Notes: generated by a model from the letters alone, not told the origin. Positions 40,112 to 52,529 are shown, counted from the whole stretch's first letter. The stretch is 59,127 bases of DNA, filler included, from 3 parts of 3 records of this genome joined end to end with filler, not necessarily neighbours in it, one strand, 5' to 3'. Made by a program: numbers and translations.

Positions 40112-40978
40112 ATGGCGACCAAAGCATCCAGATCAGCGGCCCGCGCGATGATGGCACCTGCAGTGATCCTGCTCCTTGGCTGGATGCTGGTGCCGCTTAC
40201 AATGACTCTCTGGTTCTCGTTCCGGAAATATCTGCCGCTGCGCGGTGGGGATCTGGGATGGGCTGGTTTTGACAACTACATTCGTTTTGTCAGCTCCAGC
40301 GCCTTTTGGCCTTCGGTTTTGACCACGCTGCTGATTGTTGGCTCCGTTCTGGTGATCACCGTCTGTCTTGGCATCCTGCTGGCGATGCTGCTGGATCAAC
40401 CGATGTGGGGGCAGGGGGTCGTGCGCATCCTGGTCATTGCCCCGTTCTTTGTGATGCCCACCGTTTCCGCGCTGGTCTGGAAGAACATCTTTATGGACCC
40501 CAACAACGGGCTGTTTGCGCATCTTTGGAAATTCTTCGGTGCGGAGCCGGTGTCCTGGATGTCAGAAGCCTCGCTGCCCTCGATCATTCTGATTGTCAGC
40601 TGGCAATGGCTGCCTTTCGCCACGCTGATCCTGCTGACCGCGATCCAGTCGCTGGACGGCGAGCAGTTGGAAGCTGCTGAAATGGATGGCGCACCACATC
40701 TGAAACGCTTCTGGTTTATCGTGCTGCCGCATCTGAGCCGGGCGATCACCATTGTGATCCTGATCCAGACCATCTTCCTGCTGTCGATCTTTGCAGAGAT
40801 CTTTGTGACCACCGGCGGGGCCTTTGGTACCAAGACACTGACCTATCTGATCTTCCAGCGGGTACTGGAAAGCCAGAATGTTGGCTTGGGATCCGCAGGC
40901 GGTGTCTATGCGATCATCCTTGCCAATATTGTCGCGATCTTCCTGATGCGCATTGTGGGGAAGAATCTTGATGCCTGA
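40112..40978 (+). CDS. smoF: Polyol ABC transporter permease
   Basis: Multi-TM; EAA motif EAAEMDGA; follows smoE. Confidence 0.88.
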   Translation: MATKASRSAARAMMAPAVILLLGWMLVPLTMTLWFSFRKYLPLRGGDLGWAGFDNYIRFVSSSAFWPSVLTTLLIVGSVLVITVCLGILLAMLLDQPMWGQGVVRILVIAPFFVMPTVSALVWKNIFMDPNNGLFAHLWKFFGAEPVSWMSEASLPSIILIVSWQWLPFATLILLTAIQSLDGEQLEAAEMDGAPHLKRFWFIVLPHLSRAITIVILIQTIFLLSIFAEIFVTTGGAFGTKTLTYLIFQRVLESQNVGLGSAGGVYAIILANIVAIFLMRIVGKNLDA

Positions 40979-41065
40979 TCCTGTCACACCCTTGGTGCCA
41001 GCCTTCCGGCTGCGCCAGCCCCGCCCTTCGCTTCTGTCCCGCTTCAAAAATACGAGGACCGCATA

Positions 41066-41524
41066 ATGGCACGTTCCGTCACACCACAACGCAAAGCGAT
41101 CAATACCACCTTTGCATGGGCGATTGGTCTGCTGATCTTTTTCCCGATCCTCTGGACCATCATCACCAGCTTCAAAACCGAAGCGCAGGCGATTTCCGAC
41201 CCACCGGTGTTTCTGTTCTTTGACTGGACGCTGGAAAACTACGCCGCAGTGATGGAGCGTTCCAACTATGGCCGGTTTCTGTGGAATTCGATTATTATCG
41301 CGGGCGGCTCCACCCTGCTGGGTGTGATCGTGGCGGTGCCTGCTGCATGGTCAATGGCCTTTGTGCCGTCGCACCGCACCAAAGATATCCTGCTGTGGAT
41401 GCTGTCGACCAAGATGCTGCCAGCGGTTGGGGTGCTTTACCCGATGTACCTGATCTTTATCAAATTCGGTCTGTTGGATACCCGCACCGGCCTTGTGATC
41501 GTGCTGATGCTGATCAACCTGCCG
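41066..41524 (+). CDS. smoG: Polyol ABC transporter permease, 3'-truncated
   Basis: FFPILWTIITSFKTE, LLWMLSTKMLP; runs into the gap. Confidence 0.85.
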
Positions 41525-41624
41525 NNNNNNNNNNNNNNNNNNNNNNNNNNNNNNNNNNNNNNNNNNNNTTAATTAATTAANNNNNNNNNNNNNNNNNNNN
41601 NNNNNNNNNNNNNNNNNNNNNNNN
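41525..41624. other. Artificial contig linker
   Basis: 44 N + TTAATTAATTAA + 44 N, identical to the first linker. Confidence 0.98.
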
Positions 41625-43178
41625 GACAACTGCGAGGCCTGCGGCGCCACCTATACCCCTGCGGAGCTGATCAATCCCCGCTCGGCGGTTTCCGGCGCCA
41701 CCCCGGTCGAGAAAGAATCCGAGCACTATTTCTTCCGCCTGCCGGAATTTGCAGACTTCCTCGCTAACTGGACCCGCAGTGGTACGCTCCAGCCCCAGGT
41801 AGCCAACAAGCTGGCCGAATGGCTGGACGCCGGTCTGCAGGAGTGGGACATCAGCCGCGATGCGCCCTATTTCGGTTTCGAGATTCCGGACGCACCCGGC
41901 AAGTATTTCTATGTCTGGCTCGACGCGCCTATCGGTTATCTGGCCAGCTTCAAGAACCTGTGCAACCGGGAAGGCATTGATTTCGAGCATTTCTGGAAGG
42001 CGGATTCCACCGCCGAGGTGTACCACTTCATCGGCAAGGACATCATTAACTTCCACGCCCTGTTCTGGCCGTCCATGCTCCACAGTGCCGGGTTCCGCAC
42101 CCCGAGCGCGGTCTGGGCCCATGGCTTTGTGACGGTGAATGGCAAGAAAATGTCCAAGTCCCGGGGCACCTTTATCATGGCCCGCACCTATCTGGATCAC
42201 CTGAATCCGGAATACCTGCGCTACTACTTCGCTGCCAAGCTTACCGGCAGCGTGGATGACATGGACCTGAACCTGGAGGACTTCGCCGCCCGGGTCAATT
42301 CCGACCTGGTGGGCAAGGTGGTCAACATCGCCAGCCGCAGCGCCGGATTTATCACCAAACGCTTCGACGGCCAGCTTGGCACCGTTACCGAGCATGAGAA
42401 GCTGAAGGAATTCATTGAGGCAGGCGACGAGATTGCGGATTTCTACGAAGCCCGGGAGTTCGGCCGTGCCATGCGCCGGATCATGGAGCTGGCGGACATT
42501 GCGAACCAGTACGTGAACGACGAGCAGCCGTGGGTCATCGCCAAGCAGGACGGCCAGGACGGCAACCTGCAGGCCATTTGCACCAATGCCATCAATATGT
42601 TCCGCCTCCTGATGACCTACCTGGCGCCGGTACTGCCGGAAACCGCCAAAGCCTCAGAGGCGTTCCTCAATGCACCGCTGGACTGGAACAAGCGCGATCA
42701 GCGTCTGGAAAACCATAACATCAACAAGTTCAAGCCGCTGATGAACCGTGTGGACATGGCCCAGATCGAGAAAATGCTGGATGCCTCCAAGGAAGAGATG
42801 CCCGCAGCGACAGGTCAAAAGGCCCCGGAAGCCAATCTCGAGCCGATTGCCGATGAAATAGAATTCGGGGATTTCGCGAAGGTGGATCTTAGGGTTGTCA
42901 AGATTGTCAAAGCCGAGCATGTGGAAGGCGCAGACAAGCTTCTCCGCCTCACGCTTGACGTAGGTGAGGGTGAACGCAACGTGTTCGCAGGGATCAAGTC
43001 GGCCTACAAGCCTGCGGATCTTGAAGGGCGTCTGACGGTGATGGTGGCCAACCTCAAGCCCCGGAAGATGAAATTCGGGATGTCCGAGGGCATGGTGCTG
43101 GCTGCCGGCCCCGGCGGAAAGGACATTTTCATCCTGTCACCGGATTCAGGTGCCACGCCCGGCATGCGGATTATGTAA
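41625..43178 (+). CDS. metG: Methionyl-tRNA synthetase, 5'-truncated
   Basis: Frame open from the contig edge ([10 protein letters not shown] zinc knuckle); [17 protein letters not shown]-terminal tRNA-binding OB domain. Confidence 0.97.
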   Translation, partial: DNCEACGATYTPAELINPRSAVSGATPVEKESEHYFFRLPEFADFLANWTRSGTLQPQVANKLAEWLDAGLQEWDISRDAPYFGFEIPDAPGKYFYVWLDAPIGYLASFKNLCNREGIDFEHFWKADSTAEVYHFIGKDIINFHALFWPSMLHSAGFRTPSAVWAHGFVTVNGKKMSKSRGTFIMARTYLDHLNPEYLRYYFAAKLTGSVDDMDLNLEDFAARVNSDLVGKVVNIASRSAGFITKRFDGQLGTVTEHEKLKEFIEAGDEIADFYEAREFGRAMRRIMELADIANQYVNDEQPWVIAKQDGQDGNLQAICTNAINMFRLLMTYLAPVLPETAKASEAFLNAPLDWNKRDQRLENHNINKFKPLMNRVDMAQIEKMLDASKEEMPAATGQKAPEANLEPIADEIEFGDFAKVDLRVVKIVKAEHVEGADKLLRLTLDVGEGERNVFAGIKSAYKPADLEGRLTVMVANLKPRKMKFGMSEGMVLAAGPGGKDIFILSPDSGATPGMRIM

Positions 43179-43213
43179 TGGCCCGGATGTGTCGTTAATG
43201 GTGGAGCAGGCCG

Positions 43214-43795
43214 ATGACTGAGTATCTGCTGATCCTCGTCAGCACCATACTGGTGAACAACTTTGTGCTGGTTCAGTTTCTCGGGCTGTGCCCCTTCATG
43301 GGTGTGTCCGGGAAACTGGAAACCGCCATGGGCATGTCGCTGGCCACCACGTTCGTGCTGACGCTCGCGTCCGTATGCAGTTACCTGGCCTACACCTACC
43401 TGCTGGAGCCGCTGGACCTGGCGTTCCTCAAGACCATCACATTCATCCTTGTGATCGCCGTTGTTGTGCAGTTCACGGAAATGGTCGTACGCAAGACCAG
43501 CCCCCTGCTCTATCGGGTACTGGGCATCTTCCTGCCGCTGATCACCACCAACTGCGCGGTTCTGGGCGTTGCCCTGCTGAACCTCAACAAGAACAATAAC
43601 TTCGTGGAGTCTGTCCTGTACGGTTTCGGCGCCGCTGCCGGGTTTTCGTTGGTGCTGGTGCTGTTCGCGGCCATGCGTGAACGCATCGCCGTGGCCGATG
43701 TTCCGGTTGCCTTTCGGGGCGCGGCCATTGGCATGGTAACCGCAGGGCTGATGTCGTTGGCTTTTCTGGGCTTCACCGGCCTGGTCAGCGTCTGA
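43214..43795 (+). CDS. rsxA: Rnf/Rsx electron transport complex subunit A
   Basis: [28 protein letters not shown]. Confidence 0.95.
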   Translation: MTEYLLILVSTILVNNFVLVQFLGLCPFMGVSGKLETAMGMSLATTFVLTLASVCSYLAYTYLLEPLDLAFLKTITFILVIAVVVQFTEMVVRKTSPLLYRVLGIFLPLITTNCAVLGVALLNLNKNNNFVESVLYGFGAAAGFSLVLVLFAAMRERIAVADVPVAFRGAAIGMVTAGLMSLAFLGFTGLVSV

Positions 43796-43810
43796 CGGAG
43801 CGTTTGTATT

Positions 43811-44389
43811 ATGTGGACGAGCATATTGATTGCCGTAGTGGTTCTGCTCGCGCTGGCGGTTGTGTTCGGCGGCCTGCTGGGCTTCGCCGCTGAACGTTTC
43901 CGCGTGGAGGGCAACCCGCTGGTGGACCAGATCGACTCCCTGCTGCCCCAGACCCAGTGCGGCCAGTGTGGCTTCCCCGGCTGTCGCCCCTACGCGGAAT
44001 CCATTGCCAACGGCGATGCCATCAATAAATGCCCACCCGGTGGGGAGACAACCATCAAGGCTTTGGCCGACCTGCTGGACGTCGAGCCGCAGCCGCTCGA
44101 CGCGGAACATGGGGTGGAACAGGCCAAACGCGTTGCAGTCATTCGCGAGGACGAGTGCATCGGATGCACCAAATGCATCCAGGCCTGCCCGGTGGACGCC
44201 ATCCTTGGTGCCGCTAAACACATGCATACGGTGATCGAGAGCGAATGCACTGGCTGCGATCTCTGTGTCGAGCCCTGCCCCGTGGACTGCATTGACATGA
44301 TAACGGTGGAGCCTGATATCCGCTCCTGGACCTGGACGCCACCCAAGTCCGGCGTGATTGCCACCGATCGTCAGGGGGCCAATGCCTGA
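43811..44389 (+). CDS. rsxB: Rnf/Rsx subunit B
   Basis: [14 protein letters not shown] and two CxxCxxCxxxCP ferredoxin motifs. Confidence 0.95.
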   Translation: MWTSILIAVVVLLALAVVFGGLLGFAAERFRVEGNPLVDQIDSLLPQTQCGQCGFPGCRPYAESIANGDAINKCPPGGETTIKALADLLDVEPQPLDAEHGVEQAKRVAVIREDECIGCTKCIQACPVDAILGAAKHMHTVIESECTGCDLCVEPCPVDCIDMITVEPDIRSWTWTPPKSGVIATDRQGANA

Positions 44390-46227
44390 TGACACAGCTT
44401 TGGGATTTTTACGGTGGTATCCATCCCGCCGAAAACAAACACCTTTCCACGGCACGCCCTATTGCTGCCGCAGGCTTGCCAGAGTTTCTGGTGTTGCCCT
44501 TGCAGCAGCACATCGGCGAACCGGCTGAGGCCTGTGTTGCAGTCGGCGATCGAGTCCTCAAAGGCCAGAAAGTTGCCGACGTGACCGGCGGCATGGGCGT
44601 GCCCGTTCACGCCTCCACGTCCGGCGTTATTGAATCCATCAGCCTTCAGCCCGTTCCCCACCCCTCTGGAATGAGCGACTGGTGCATTACCCTGAGGCCC
44701 GATGGCAAGGAAGAATGGGCAACCCTAACCCCGATGTCGAATTACCGGGACCTGGAACGGGAAACCGTACTGGATTTGATCCGCGACGCCGGCATTTCCG
44801 GCATGGGCGGTGCCGGCTTCCCAACGAACATCAAGCTGCGCCCACCCCGGGATCGCAAGGTAAACACGCTGATCCTGAACGGCGCTGAATGCGAGCCCTA
44901 TATCACCGCTGACGATATGGCGATGCGGGAGAAATCGGATGACATCGTCGCCGGTCTGCGGATCATGGCGTGGATACTGCGCCCGGAGCGCGTTGTGATC
45001 GGCGTGGAAGACAACAAGCCGGAGGCCATCGCAGCGCTCAGGAAGGCCGCAGAGGGTACCCAGACCGAAATCGCGGTGATCCCAACCAAGTATCCGTCTG
45101 GTGGCGAAAAGCAGCTGATACAAATCCTGACGGGAATGGAAGTACCCAGTGGCGGCATTCCGGCGGATATCGGGGTGATGTGTCAGAATGTGGGCACCGC
45201 CATCGCCGTGTCCAAGGCCGTTTTTCGGGGTGAACCGCTGATCTCCCGCATCACCACCCTCACCGGCCACGCCCTTTCTCATCCCGGTAATTTCGAGGCC
45301 TTGATCGGCACCCCTATCGAATACCTGCTGAATCAGGCAGGCCTGGATAACGGCGCACTTCATCGCCTGGTGCTGGGTGGCCCGATGATGGGGTATACCC
45401 TGGAAACACCAGCCGTACCGGTGGTCAAAACCACCAACTGCGTGATTGCCGCGACCGCCAAGGAACTGCCTGACCCTGCCCCGGAGCAGCCCTGCATCCG
45501 CTGCAGCATGTGCGCCGAGGCCTGTCCCATGGAACTGCTGCCCCAACAACTGTTCTGGTACTCCAAAGCCGGGGAGTTCGACAAGGCCGAACACCTGAAC
45601 CTGTTCGACTGCATTGAATGCGGCGTTTGCTCCTACGTCTGCCCCAGTTCCATTCCGCTGGTCCAATACTATCGTGCCGCGAAAGGCGACATTCGGGTTC
45701 AGCGGGCCGAACAGCTGAAGGCGGACCGCGCTCGTGTGCGCTTCGAAGCCCGTCAGGCCAGGCTGGAACGGGAACAGCAGGAAAAAGAACAGCGGCGCAA
45801 GGAACGGGCGAAAGCGGCGGCCGAGGCACAAGCCAAGAAGCAGGCCGAGGCTGAAAAGACGGAAGCAGATGGCCAGCCAACCGATGGCCGTGCCGCCAAG
45901 GCAGCCCTGGTTCAGGAAGCCCTGGCACGCAAGAAAGCCAAAGGCCAGCAACAGTCATCAGCTGTCACCAGCGAACCCGATAGTGCTCCGGCTACTGAGC
46001 CGTTACCGGATATAGAAGCCCTGGAAAAGCAACTCAGCCAGGCGACCGCCAAGCTCGATACCATGCAGCGCATGCTGGAAGATGCCAGGGCGGAGAACGC
46101 AGACAACGTCGAAAAGCTTGAACGAGCCGTTACCAAGAACCACGACCGGGTAAAACGGGCGGAGGATGCCCTGACTGAGGCCCGGCAATCCGTGGCGGCC
46201 ACCGATACCCAAACGACTGACTCATGA
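44389..46227 (+). CDS. rsxC: Rnf/Rsx subunit C
   Basis: [27 protein letters not shown], two 4Fe-4S motifs, charged C-terminal coiled coil. Confidence 0.95.
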   Translation: MTQLWDFYGGIHPAENKHLSTARPIAAAGLPEFLVLPLQQHIGEPAEACVAVGDRVLKGQKVADVTGGMGVPVHASTSGVIESISLQPVPHPSGMSDWCITLRPDGKEEWATLTPMSNYRDLERETVLDLIRDAGISGMGGAGFPTNIKLRPPRDRKVNTLILNGAECEPYITADDMAMREKSDDIVAGLRIMAWILRPERVVIGVEDNKPEAIAALRKAAEGTQTEIAVIPTKYPSGGEKQLIQILTGMEVPSGGIPADIGVMCQNVGTAIAVSKAVFRGEPLISRITTLTGHALSHPGNFEALIGTPIEYLLNQAGLDNGALHRLVLGGPMMGYTLETPAVPVVKTTNCVIAATAKELPDPAPEQPCIRCSMCAEACPMELLPQQLFWYSKAGEFDKAEHLNLFDCIECGVCSYVCPSSIPLVQYYRAAKGDIRVQRAEQLKADRARVRFEARQARLEREQQEKEQRRKERAKAAAEAQAKKQAEAEKTEADGQPTDGRAAKAALVQEALARKKAKGQQQSSAVTSEPDSAPATEPLPDIEALEKQLSQATAKLDTMQRMLEDARAENADNVEKLERAVTKNHDRVKRAEDALTEARQSVAATDTQTTDS

Positions 46228-46246
46228 TAAACAGGCTCCAACGCTA

Positions 46247-47299
46247 ATGGCACTTGCGCAACAGTCCTCGCCCCATGCCCGTAATGCCCGCTCCACGTCG
46301 CAGGTCATGCTGTGGGTCATCCTGACCGCCCTGCCCGGCCTGCTGGCGCTGACCCTGTTTTTTGGCTGGGGCAACCTGATAAACGTCGTCTGGTGCATCG
46401 CTGTAGCAGTGGCCGCCGAGGCTGCCATCCTCAAGCTTCGCCATCGCCCGGTTGCTTTTTTCCTGAAAGACAACACAGCTGCGGTGACCGGACTATTGCT
46501 GGGCCTTTCCCTCCCGCAGTTTGCGCCCTGGTGGGTGTCTGCGGTTGCCGTGATCGCCGCGATCGTTATGGCCAAGCAACTCTATGGTGGCCTGGGCTCC
46601 AATCCATTCAATCCCGCCATGGTGGGTTACGCCCTGGTGCTGATCTCGTTCCCCGTGGCCATGACCACCAATTGGGCTCAGCCCGGCCTGCTCTGGGAGA
46701 CCGCCCCGGGGTTTGGCGACACCCTCGGCATCATCGCCTCCGGCCAACAGACGGCCGTCGACGCGTTCACCATGGCCACGCCGCTGGATGAGTACAAGCA
46801 CAAGATCACCACCCATACGGCAGCGGAAGTGCTTGAACATCCAACCTTCGGCGACGGTGTGGCTCAGGGCTGGGAATGGGTCAATGCGGCGTTCCTGACC
46901 GGCGGTCTGATCCTGATCGGCCTGAAGATCATTACCTGGCACATTCCGCTCAGTATGCTGGCGGGCCTGGCTCTTATGAGTCTCGCGTTTGGCAGCAACG
47001 CCGACCAGTATGCGCCGCTGTCCATGCACCTGCTTGCCGGGGGCACCATGCTGGGGGCGTTCTTCATTGCCACGGACCCGGTGTCCGCCGCCTCCAGCCA
47101 TCAGGGCAAGCTGATTTACGGAGCGGGTATCGGCATACTGATCTACCTGATCCGCACCTGGGGCGCCTACCCGGATGCGGTGGCCTTCAGCGTTCTACTG
47201 ATGAACTTCGCAGTGCCCTTTATCGACCACTACACGCCGCCACGCACCTACGGGCATCACAAGCCCCGGCGCGGCCTTCCCGGCAAGAGTCAGGGGTAA
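46247..47299 (+). CDS. rsxD: Rnf/Rsx subunit D
   Basis: [20 protein letters not shown]-binding [15 protein letters not shown]. Confidence 0.95.
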   Translation: MALAQQSSPHARNARSTSQVMLWVILTALPGLLALTLFFGWGNLINVVWCIAVAVAAEAAILKLRHRPVAFFLKDNTAAVTGLLLGLSLPQFAPWWVSAVAVIAAIVMAKQLYGGLGSNPFNPAMVGYALVLISFPVAMTTNWAQPGLLWETAPGFGDTLGIIASGQQTAVDAFTMATPLDEYKHKITTHTAAEVLEHPTFGDGVAQGWEWVNAAFLTGGLILIGLKIITWHIPLSMLAGLALMSLAFGSNADQYAPLSMHLLAGGTMLGAFFIATDPVSAASSHQGKLIYGAGIGILIYLIRTWGAYPDAVAFSVLLMNFAVPFIDHYTPPRTYGHHKPRRGLPGKSQG

Positions 47300-47302
47300 G
47301 CC

Positions 47303-48004
47303 ATGGCAGCACTTGCAAAGTCCATCCGTCGTAACGCCATTGGCCTGGGTCTGTTCGCTATCATTACAGGCGGCACCATCGCCATCACCCAGGTCATGAC
47401 AGCCGAGCGCATAAAGGAGCAGGCTGCCAGAGCGGAAGCACAGGCGCTGTTCGAGATCATCCCGGAAAGCCGGCATGACAATAACCTGCTGACCGACACG
47501 GTCCAGCTCCCGGCGGATAACGGCATGAACACCGACGGCCCTGTAACAGCCTGGGTGGCACGTCGCGGTGACCGACCCATAGGCTTGATCATGCCGACGG
47601 TGGCACCCGACGGCTATTCCGGAGATATTCACCTATTGGTGGGTCTGGATTTGAAGGGCAAGGTACTCGGGGTGCGGGTGACGCGCCATCGTGAAACCCC
47701 CGGTCTCGGCGACCGTATCGAAACCAAAAAGTCAGACTGGATAGGCTCGTTTACCGGTCGTTCCCTTGGCAACCCGGAGCCGGAGCGCTGGAATGTCCGA
47801 AAAAACGGAGGGGCGTTTGACCAGTTCACCGGTGCTACCATCACACCCAGAGCCGTGGTCAAGGCAGTGCAGAAAGTCCTGGTCTATTTCCGCCAGAACC
47901 GGGGAGCCATTCGCGAGATTCTCAGGGAACCTGCGTCACCCCGCAAGACCCCACTGACACCCGAGGAAATAGCAGGCCAGACACGAGAACGGGAGCATTC
48001 GTAA
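47303..48004 (+). CDS. rsxG: Rnf/Rsx subunit G
   Basis: APDGYSG, ETPGLG, FMN motif TGATIT. Confidence 0.95.
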   Translation: MAALAKSIRRNAIGLGLFAIITGGTIAITQVMTAERIKEQAARAEAQALFEIIPESRHDNNLLTDTVQLPADNGMNTDGPVTAWVARRGDRPIGLIMPTVAPDGYSGDIHLLVGLDLKGKVLGVRVTRHRETPGLGDRIETKKSDWIGSFTGRSLGNPEPERWNVRKNGGAFDQFTGATITPRAVVKAVQKVLVYFRQNRGAIREILREPASPRKTPLTPEEIAGQTREREHS

Positions 48005-48005
48005 C

Positions 48006-48716
48006 ATGGCGACCAAATCCAACTCAGAGATCATCCGTGACGGACTGTGGACCAACAACCCCGCTCTCGTTCAGGTTCTGGGCCTATGCCCCCTCCTGGC
48101 GGTGACCAGTACCGTGGTCAATGCCATCGGTCTGGGCCTGGCAACGCTGATGGTACTGATGGGCTCGAATCTGGCGGTGTCACTGATCCGCAACTTTGTC
48201 AGCGAGTCAGTGCGCCTGCCTGCCTTTGTGATGATCATCGCCTCTTTCGTGACCTGCGCCGAGCTGCTGATGCAGGCCTACACCTACGAGCTCTATCAGA
48301 TCCTCGGTATTTTCATCCCACTGATTGTGACCAACTGTGCCATTCTGGGCCGGGCGGATGCGTTCGCCTCCAAGAACCCACCGTTACCCGCCTTGCTGGA
48401 CGGTGTCATGATGGGCGTTGGATTCCTGGTGGTCCTGATAGCCCTGGGCGCCATGCGCGAACTCGTGGGCCAGGGCACCCTGTTTACCGACATGGACCTC
48501 CTACTGGGCCCCATGGCGGCGGACTGGGGGATACGTCCACTGGAACACTACCCGGACGTTCTCTTTATGGTGCTGCCTCCAGGCGCTTTTGTCGGATTGG
48601 GGCTGCTCATCGCCCTGAAAAATGGCATCGACAATCACCTCAAAGCCCGTCGCAAAGTGGCTGATCCCGTCGTGGCCGGCAGCAAGCGAGTGCGGGTAAC
48701 CGGCCATGTGTCCTGA
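48006..48716 (+). CDS. rsxE: Rnf/Rsx subunit E
   Basis: [32 protein letters not shown]. Confidence 0.95.
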   Translation: MATKSNSEIIRDGLWTNNPALVQVLGLCPLLAVTSTVVNAIGLGLATLMVLMGSNLAVSLIRNFVSESVRLPAFVMIIASFVTCAELLMQAYTYELYQILGIFIPLIVTNCAILGRADAFASKNPPLPALLDGVMMGVGFLVVLIALGAMRELVGQGTLFTDMDLLLGPMAADWGIRPLEHYPDVLFMVLPPGAFVGLGLLIALKNGIDNHLKARRKVADPVVAGSKRVRVTGHVS

Positions 48717-48752
48717 AAATCCAATGACCACTGTTCACCCAGCGGATAATCC

Positions 48753-49394
48753 ATGAATAAGGTTAAGCGCACGGAAATCTTTACCCGGTTGCGAGACGCG
48801 AACCCGACGCCCACGACCGAGTTGAATTACAGCAATCCGTTCGAACTGCTCATTGCGGTGATTCTATCGGCTCAGGCGACCGATGTCGGCGTGAACAAGG
48901 CGACAGCCAGGCTATATCCCGTTGCCAATACGCCCGAGAAAATCCTGGCATTGGGAGTGGAGGGGTTGAAGGAGTACATCAAGACCATCGGGCTTTTTAA
49001 CAGCAAAGCCGAGAACGTGATCAAGACTTGCCGCGCGCTGATTGAAAAGCACGGCGGGGAGGTTCCGGACAACCGGGAAGACCTGGAAGCCCTGCCGGGT
49101 GTGGGCCGAAAAACCGCCAACGTGGTTCTGAACACTGCGTTTGGGCAGCCCGCCATGGCGGTGGACACGCACATCTTCCGGGTATCAAACAGGACGGGTA
49201 TTGCGCCGGGCAAAAACGTGCTGGAGGTGGAGAAACGCCTGATGCGGCTGGTGCCAAAGGAATTCCTGCTGGATGCCCACCACTGGCTGATCCTTCACGG
49301 GCGCTACACCTGCACGGCCCGGAAGCCTAAATGCGGCGCCTGCATCATCGAAGACCTTTGCGAGTTCAAGCAGAAGCGGGATTACATGGACTGA
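48753..49394 (+). CDS. nth: Endonuclease III
   Basis: HhH LPGVGRKTANVVL, VDTH, C-terminal CxARKPxCxxCxxxxxC 4Fe-4S motif; usual position after rsxE. Confidence 0.97.
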   Translation: MNKVKRTEIFTRLRDANPTPTTELNYSNPFELLIAVILSAQATDVGVNKATARLYPVANTPEKILALGVEGLKEYIKTIGLFNSKAENVIKTCRALIEKHGGEVPDNREDLEALPGVGRKTANVVLNTAFGQPAMAVDTHIFRVSNRTGIAPGKNVLEVEKRLMRLVPKEFLLDAHHWLILHGRYTCTARKPKCGACIIEDLCEFKQKRDYMD

Positions 49395-49438
49395 CACTGG
49401 CCCCGGCCATAAGCCGGAGCCAACGTCATACCGGGCGC

Positions 49439-50014
49439 TTAACGCTGCCCCAGCATCTTTTCTTTCAGATCTTCCTGGGCAGGCTCATCTGACAACCAGA
49501 TGCCAAACAGGGCCTTCTTGAATTCCAGGTCGCCAATGGTGGCACGTTTCTCACCGTTCTTGAGCACTCGTACACCCTCTCCCGGCAGGTAGACCAGATC
49601 AAACACGTCACCGTCCTTGATTTCCTCCGAGAACACATCGAGGAATGAATCAACGTCACTCTTTATCGCAGCCATGTCGCCACCGGTCGAATTCTCGAAC
49701 CCTTCCATGGTGGCAGACTTCATTTTGTCACTGGTGATCATCCCGGAAATAATATGCAGGGTGATCGCCTGGGGCTCATCCGCATTGATAATGGCCTGAC
49801 CATCGTCGATGGTCTCGGGTACGTACAGACCGCCGATGTAGAGATCCATAAACCACTTGGAGCGTGTGCCCGCGCCATTCAGCTTGAGCTCGGTATCCAT
49901 CGCCGAGTAGGTATCCGGAACATCCACGCCTTCCACCGTCAGGGCGGCGGCTGGTGTTGTAAGGGCTGCCGTTAGCAGCAGTGAGGCGAATCCTGTTGAT
50001 AGGGCCTTTTTCAT
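49439..50014 (-). CDS. Secreted chalcone-isomerase-like family protein
   Basis: Signal peptide ending AAA, LNGAGTRSKWFMDLYIGGLY, C-terminal FKKALFGIWLSDEP...LKEKMLG. Confidence 0.8.
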   Translation of the reverse strand: MKKALSTGFASLLLTAALTTPAAALTVEGVDVPDTYSAMDTELKLNGAGTRSKWFMDLYIGGLYVPETIDDGQAIINADEPQAITLHIISGMITSDKMKSATMEGFENSTGGDMAAIKSDVDSFLDVFSEEIKDGDVFDLVYLPGEGVRVLKNGEKRATIGDLEFKKALFGIWLSDEPAQEDLKEKMLGQR

Positions 50015-50150
50015 CGTCCTTTCCTTATTGATCGTTATTATTGAATGTCTGATTGCTACCGGAGTTCGACACCCTTATCCCACTCCGGCCGATCAAGTTT
50101 AACAGGGAGCAAACCGATGCTTACGCCGGCTGGTTCTCATTTGGCAACGC

Positions 50151-50184
50151 AAAAAAAACCGGCCCGCTGTCAACGGGCCGGTTT
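50151..50184 (-). terminator. Rho-independent terminator of rpoS
   Basis: AAACCGGCCCG-N7-CGGGCCGGTTT with an 8-U tail on the minus strand. Confidence 0.85.
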
Positions 50185-50202
50185 ATGGTTGTGCGGAGCC
50201 TC

Positions 50203-51204
50203 TTACTTGAACAGCATGGTTCCCGACAACCCTTCCTTCTCAAGAATTTCGCGCAGGCGGCGAAGAGCCTCCACCTGAATCTGGCGTACCCGCTCACGGG
50301 TCAAGCCAATCTCCTGGCCCACTTCTTCAAGCGTGCTGATGGGATAACCCCTCAAGCCAAAGCGACGGGACAGCACTTCCTGCTGCTTGTCGCTGAGCTG
50401 GTCGATCCACTTTTCGACACAGGAGCACATGTTGTTGTCCTGCAGAAGATCGGCCGGATCGGAGGCGCCTTCGTCGGCGACCGTATCCAACAGGGATTTT
50501 TCACCACCGGTACCGATGGGTGTATCCATGGAGGCAACGCGTTCGTTCAGGCCCAGCATCCGCTTCACGTCCGAAACCGGCTTATCGACCATCCGCGCAA
50601 TTTCTTCCGCGGATGGCTCGTGATCCAGCTTCTGGGTAAGCTCCCGCGCAGCGCGCAGGTACAGGTTCAGTTCTTTCACCACGTGGATGGGGAGGCGAAT
50701 AGTGCGGGTCTGATTCATGATCGCCCGCTCGATGGTCTGGCGGATCCACCAAGTGGCATAAGTTGAGAAGCGGAAACCACGTTCCGGATCAAACTTCTCT
50801 ACCGCGCGTATAAGCCCGAGGTTACCTTCTTCAATCAGGTCCAGCAGTGTCAGGCCGCGGTTCACGTAACGCCGTGCAATCTTTACCACCAGGCGCAGGT
50901 TGCTCTCGATCATACGTTTGCGACCAGACTCCTCTCCCTTGCGGGCGAGCCGAGCAAAATACACTTCTTCTTCGGGTGTTAAGAGAGGAGAAAAACCGAT
51001 TTCGTTGAGATAAAGCTGGGTGGCGTCCAGTTGTTTCTGGCTGGTGAAGTATCGGCCCTGGGCCGGAATGTCTTCGTCTGCTTCAACGGCTTCCACTTCC
51101 GCCGTTTCTTTTTCTTCTACTTTGTCTTCCGCTAACAGCTGATCGTCTGCGTCTTCAACATCAGATACACGATCAATGATGAGTTCTTCATGCTCTGCTG
51201 ACAT
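50203..51204 (-). CDS. rpoS: RNA polymerase sigma factor RpoS
   Basis: [46 protein letters not shown], region 4 TRERVRQIQ; downstream of nlpD. Confidence 0.96.
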   Translation of the reverse strand: MSAEHEELIIDRVSDVEDADDQLLAEDKVEEKETAEVEAVEADEDIPAQGRYFTSQKQLDATQLYLNEIGFSPLLTPEEEVYFARLARKGEESGRKRMIESNLRLVVKIARRYVNRGLTLLDLIEEGNLGLIRAVEKFDPERGFRFSTYATWWIRQTIERAIMNQTRTIRLPIHVVKELNLYLRAARELTQKLDHEPSAEEIARMVDKPVSDVKRMLGLNERVASMDTPIGTGGEKSLLDTVADEGASDPADLLQDNNMCSCVEKWIDQLSDKQQEVLSRRFGLRGYPISTLEEVGQEIGLTRERVRQIQVEALRRLREILEKEGLSGTMLFK

Positions 51205-51418
51205 AACTCTTTGCCCCGCCTTTCAATGATCCTGGAAATTCGCTCACGTCTTCTTGTTATTGCGAGCGCCTGCTTTCTTTGCGTTCTTGTTCAGGACATT
51301 TATTGCTAGCTGTAGACGGTTACCGGAACCGTCGTTTCTTGTTATTTGTCTCGACTGTTATCTTTCGTTGGCTCTGTTCTTTGGTGCCGGACGTCAGGCT
51401 TTGTGCTGCAAGTCCGTT

Positions 51419-52213
51419 TCATCGCGCTGGGAGGTAGTAGGTGGGGTCGACCGGGTTGCCATTTTTCCGGATTTCAAAATGCAACTTGGGCCTGTCCGTT
51501 CCGCTATTTCCCAGTTCAGCGATGACCTGTCCGGCTTTGACGTCCTCCCCTTCCTGCACCAGAATCTTCCGGTTGTGAGCATAAGCACTCAAGTAGTGCT
51601 CATTGTGGTTCACTATGATCAGATTGCCATAGCCGAGCAACCCGCTTCCGGCATAGACGACATTACCACCTGCCGCCGCTCTTACAGAGTCACCCGCTTT
51701 TCCAGCAATATCAATACCTTTATTGACTTTCCCGGATGTTGAATATCCTGCAATTACGGTGCCAACGTGAGGCCAGCGCCAGTTAACGTTGGAGACTGTC
51801 TGGCTTTGGCCCGTTAATGGCGACGTGGTATCAGGCCGCCGCGAGACCGTCGGTTTTGGCTCCGGTTTGGGTGCAGGCTGTCGCGACGCGGTGCGGGTCG
51901 GAGTCCTTGAAGGCGACGCCTTACCGCTGCCGCCAGTCTGAGCGGTGGATGTTACATTTCCGCGAAGATCCAGCCGGAGAACCTGCCCTGCCTTGATATT
52001 GTAAGGGGGGCTTATGCCATTGGCGTTACCCAATTCCCTGTAGTCACGGCCGTACCGCCAGGCGATGCTGTACAGCGTTTCCCCGGGTTTAACCACGTGG
52101 CGCCCCCAGTAAACTGGCGGGTTATAGAGGTCGTCACGGTAGATTGCCTGTGTATTGCAGCCGGTAAGCAACATGGCACTGAGGAGCATGAACAGAAAGG
52201 TGTAGAGGCGCAT
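51419..52213 (-). CDS. nlpD: Lipoprotein NlpD (LysM + M23-like domain)
   Basis: Start moved to ATG 52213, giving lipobox LTGC; LysM VVKPGETLYSIAW; NKGIDI, YAHN, LHFEIR. Confidence 0.92.
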   Translation of the reverse strand: MRLYTFLFMLLSAMLLTGCNTQAIYRDDLYNPPVYWGRHVVKPGETLYSIAWRYGRDYRELGNANGISPPYNIKAGQVLRLDLRGNVTSTAQTGGSGKASPSRTPTRTASRQPAPKPEPKPTVSRRPDTTSPLTGQSQTVSNVNWRWPHVGTVIAGYSTSGKVNKGIDIAGKAGDSVRAAAGGNVVYAGSGLLGYGNLIIVNHNEHYLSAYAHNRKILVQEGEDVKAGQVIAELGNSGTDRPKLHFEIRKNGNPVDPTYYLPAR

Positions 52214-52529
52214 CCGCTTTTTCGAACACGGAGAGACAGGGGCACCGGAGGGGAGCCACGGGAGGACTGCCATCGCAGCAATGATGAACCCACGCACTGA
52301 TCTCAAAAGAATAAAAATATGCCTGTTATTAGTTATTCGTATAAAAAATACGGCGATTTATAAAGTGTTTTGAGTAACTTGCTAATTTATTGCATATTTT
52401 GGGCATGAAACCAAGTTACCCATCTGTTGCATTTGTTACTGCTCGAAACAACCATGCGGATCAAAAAGTAACACTTAGTCTCGATACGCCTGTGACCCCA
52501 TTCACAACATTGAACAAAATCTGACCACG

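Noticed and set aside
43004-45951. Long antisense ORFs (483 and 408 aa) opposite the rsx genes; likewise 57645-58643 opposite eno and 18579-19760 opposite the PKS
   Set aside because: Shadow frames caused by GC3 codon bias of well-supported genes on the other strand.
45730-46227. RsxC C-terminal extension as a novel fused domain
   Set aside because: Charged, Ala-rich coiled-coil tails are a known variable feature of gammaproteobacterial RsxC.
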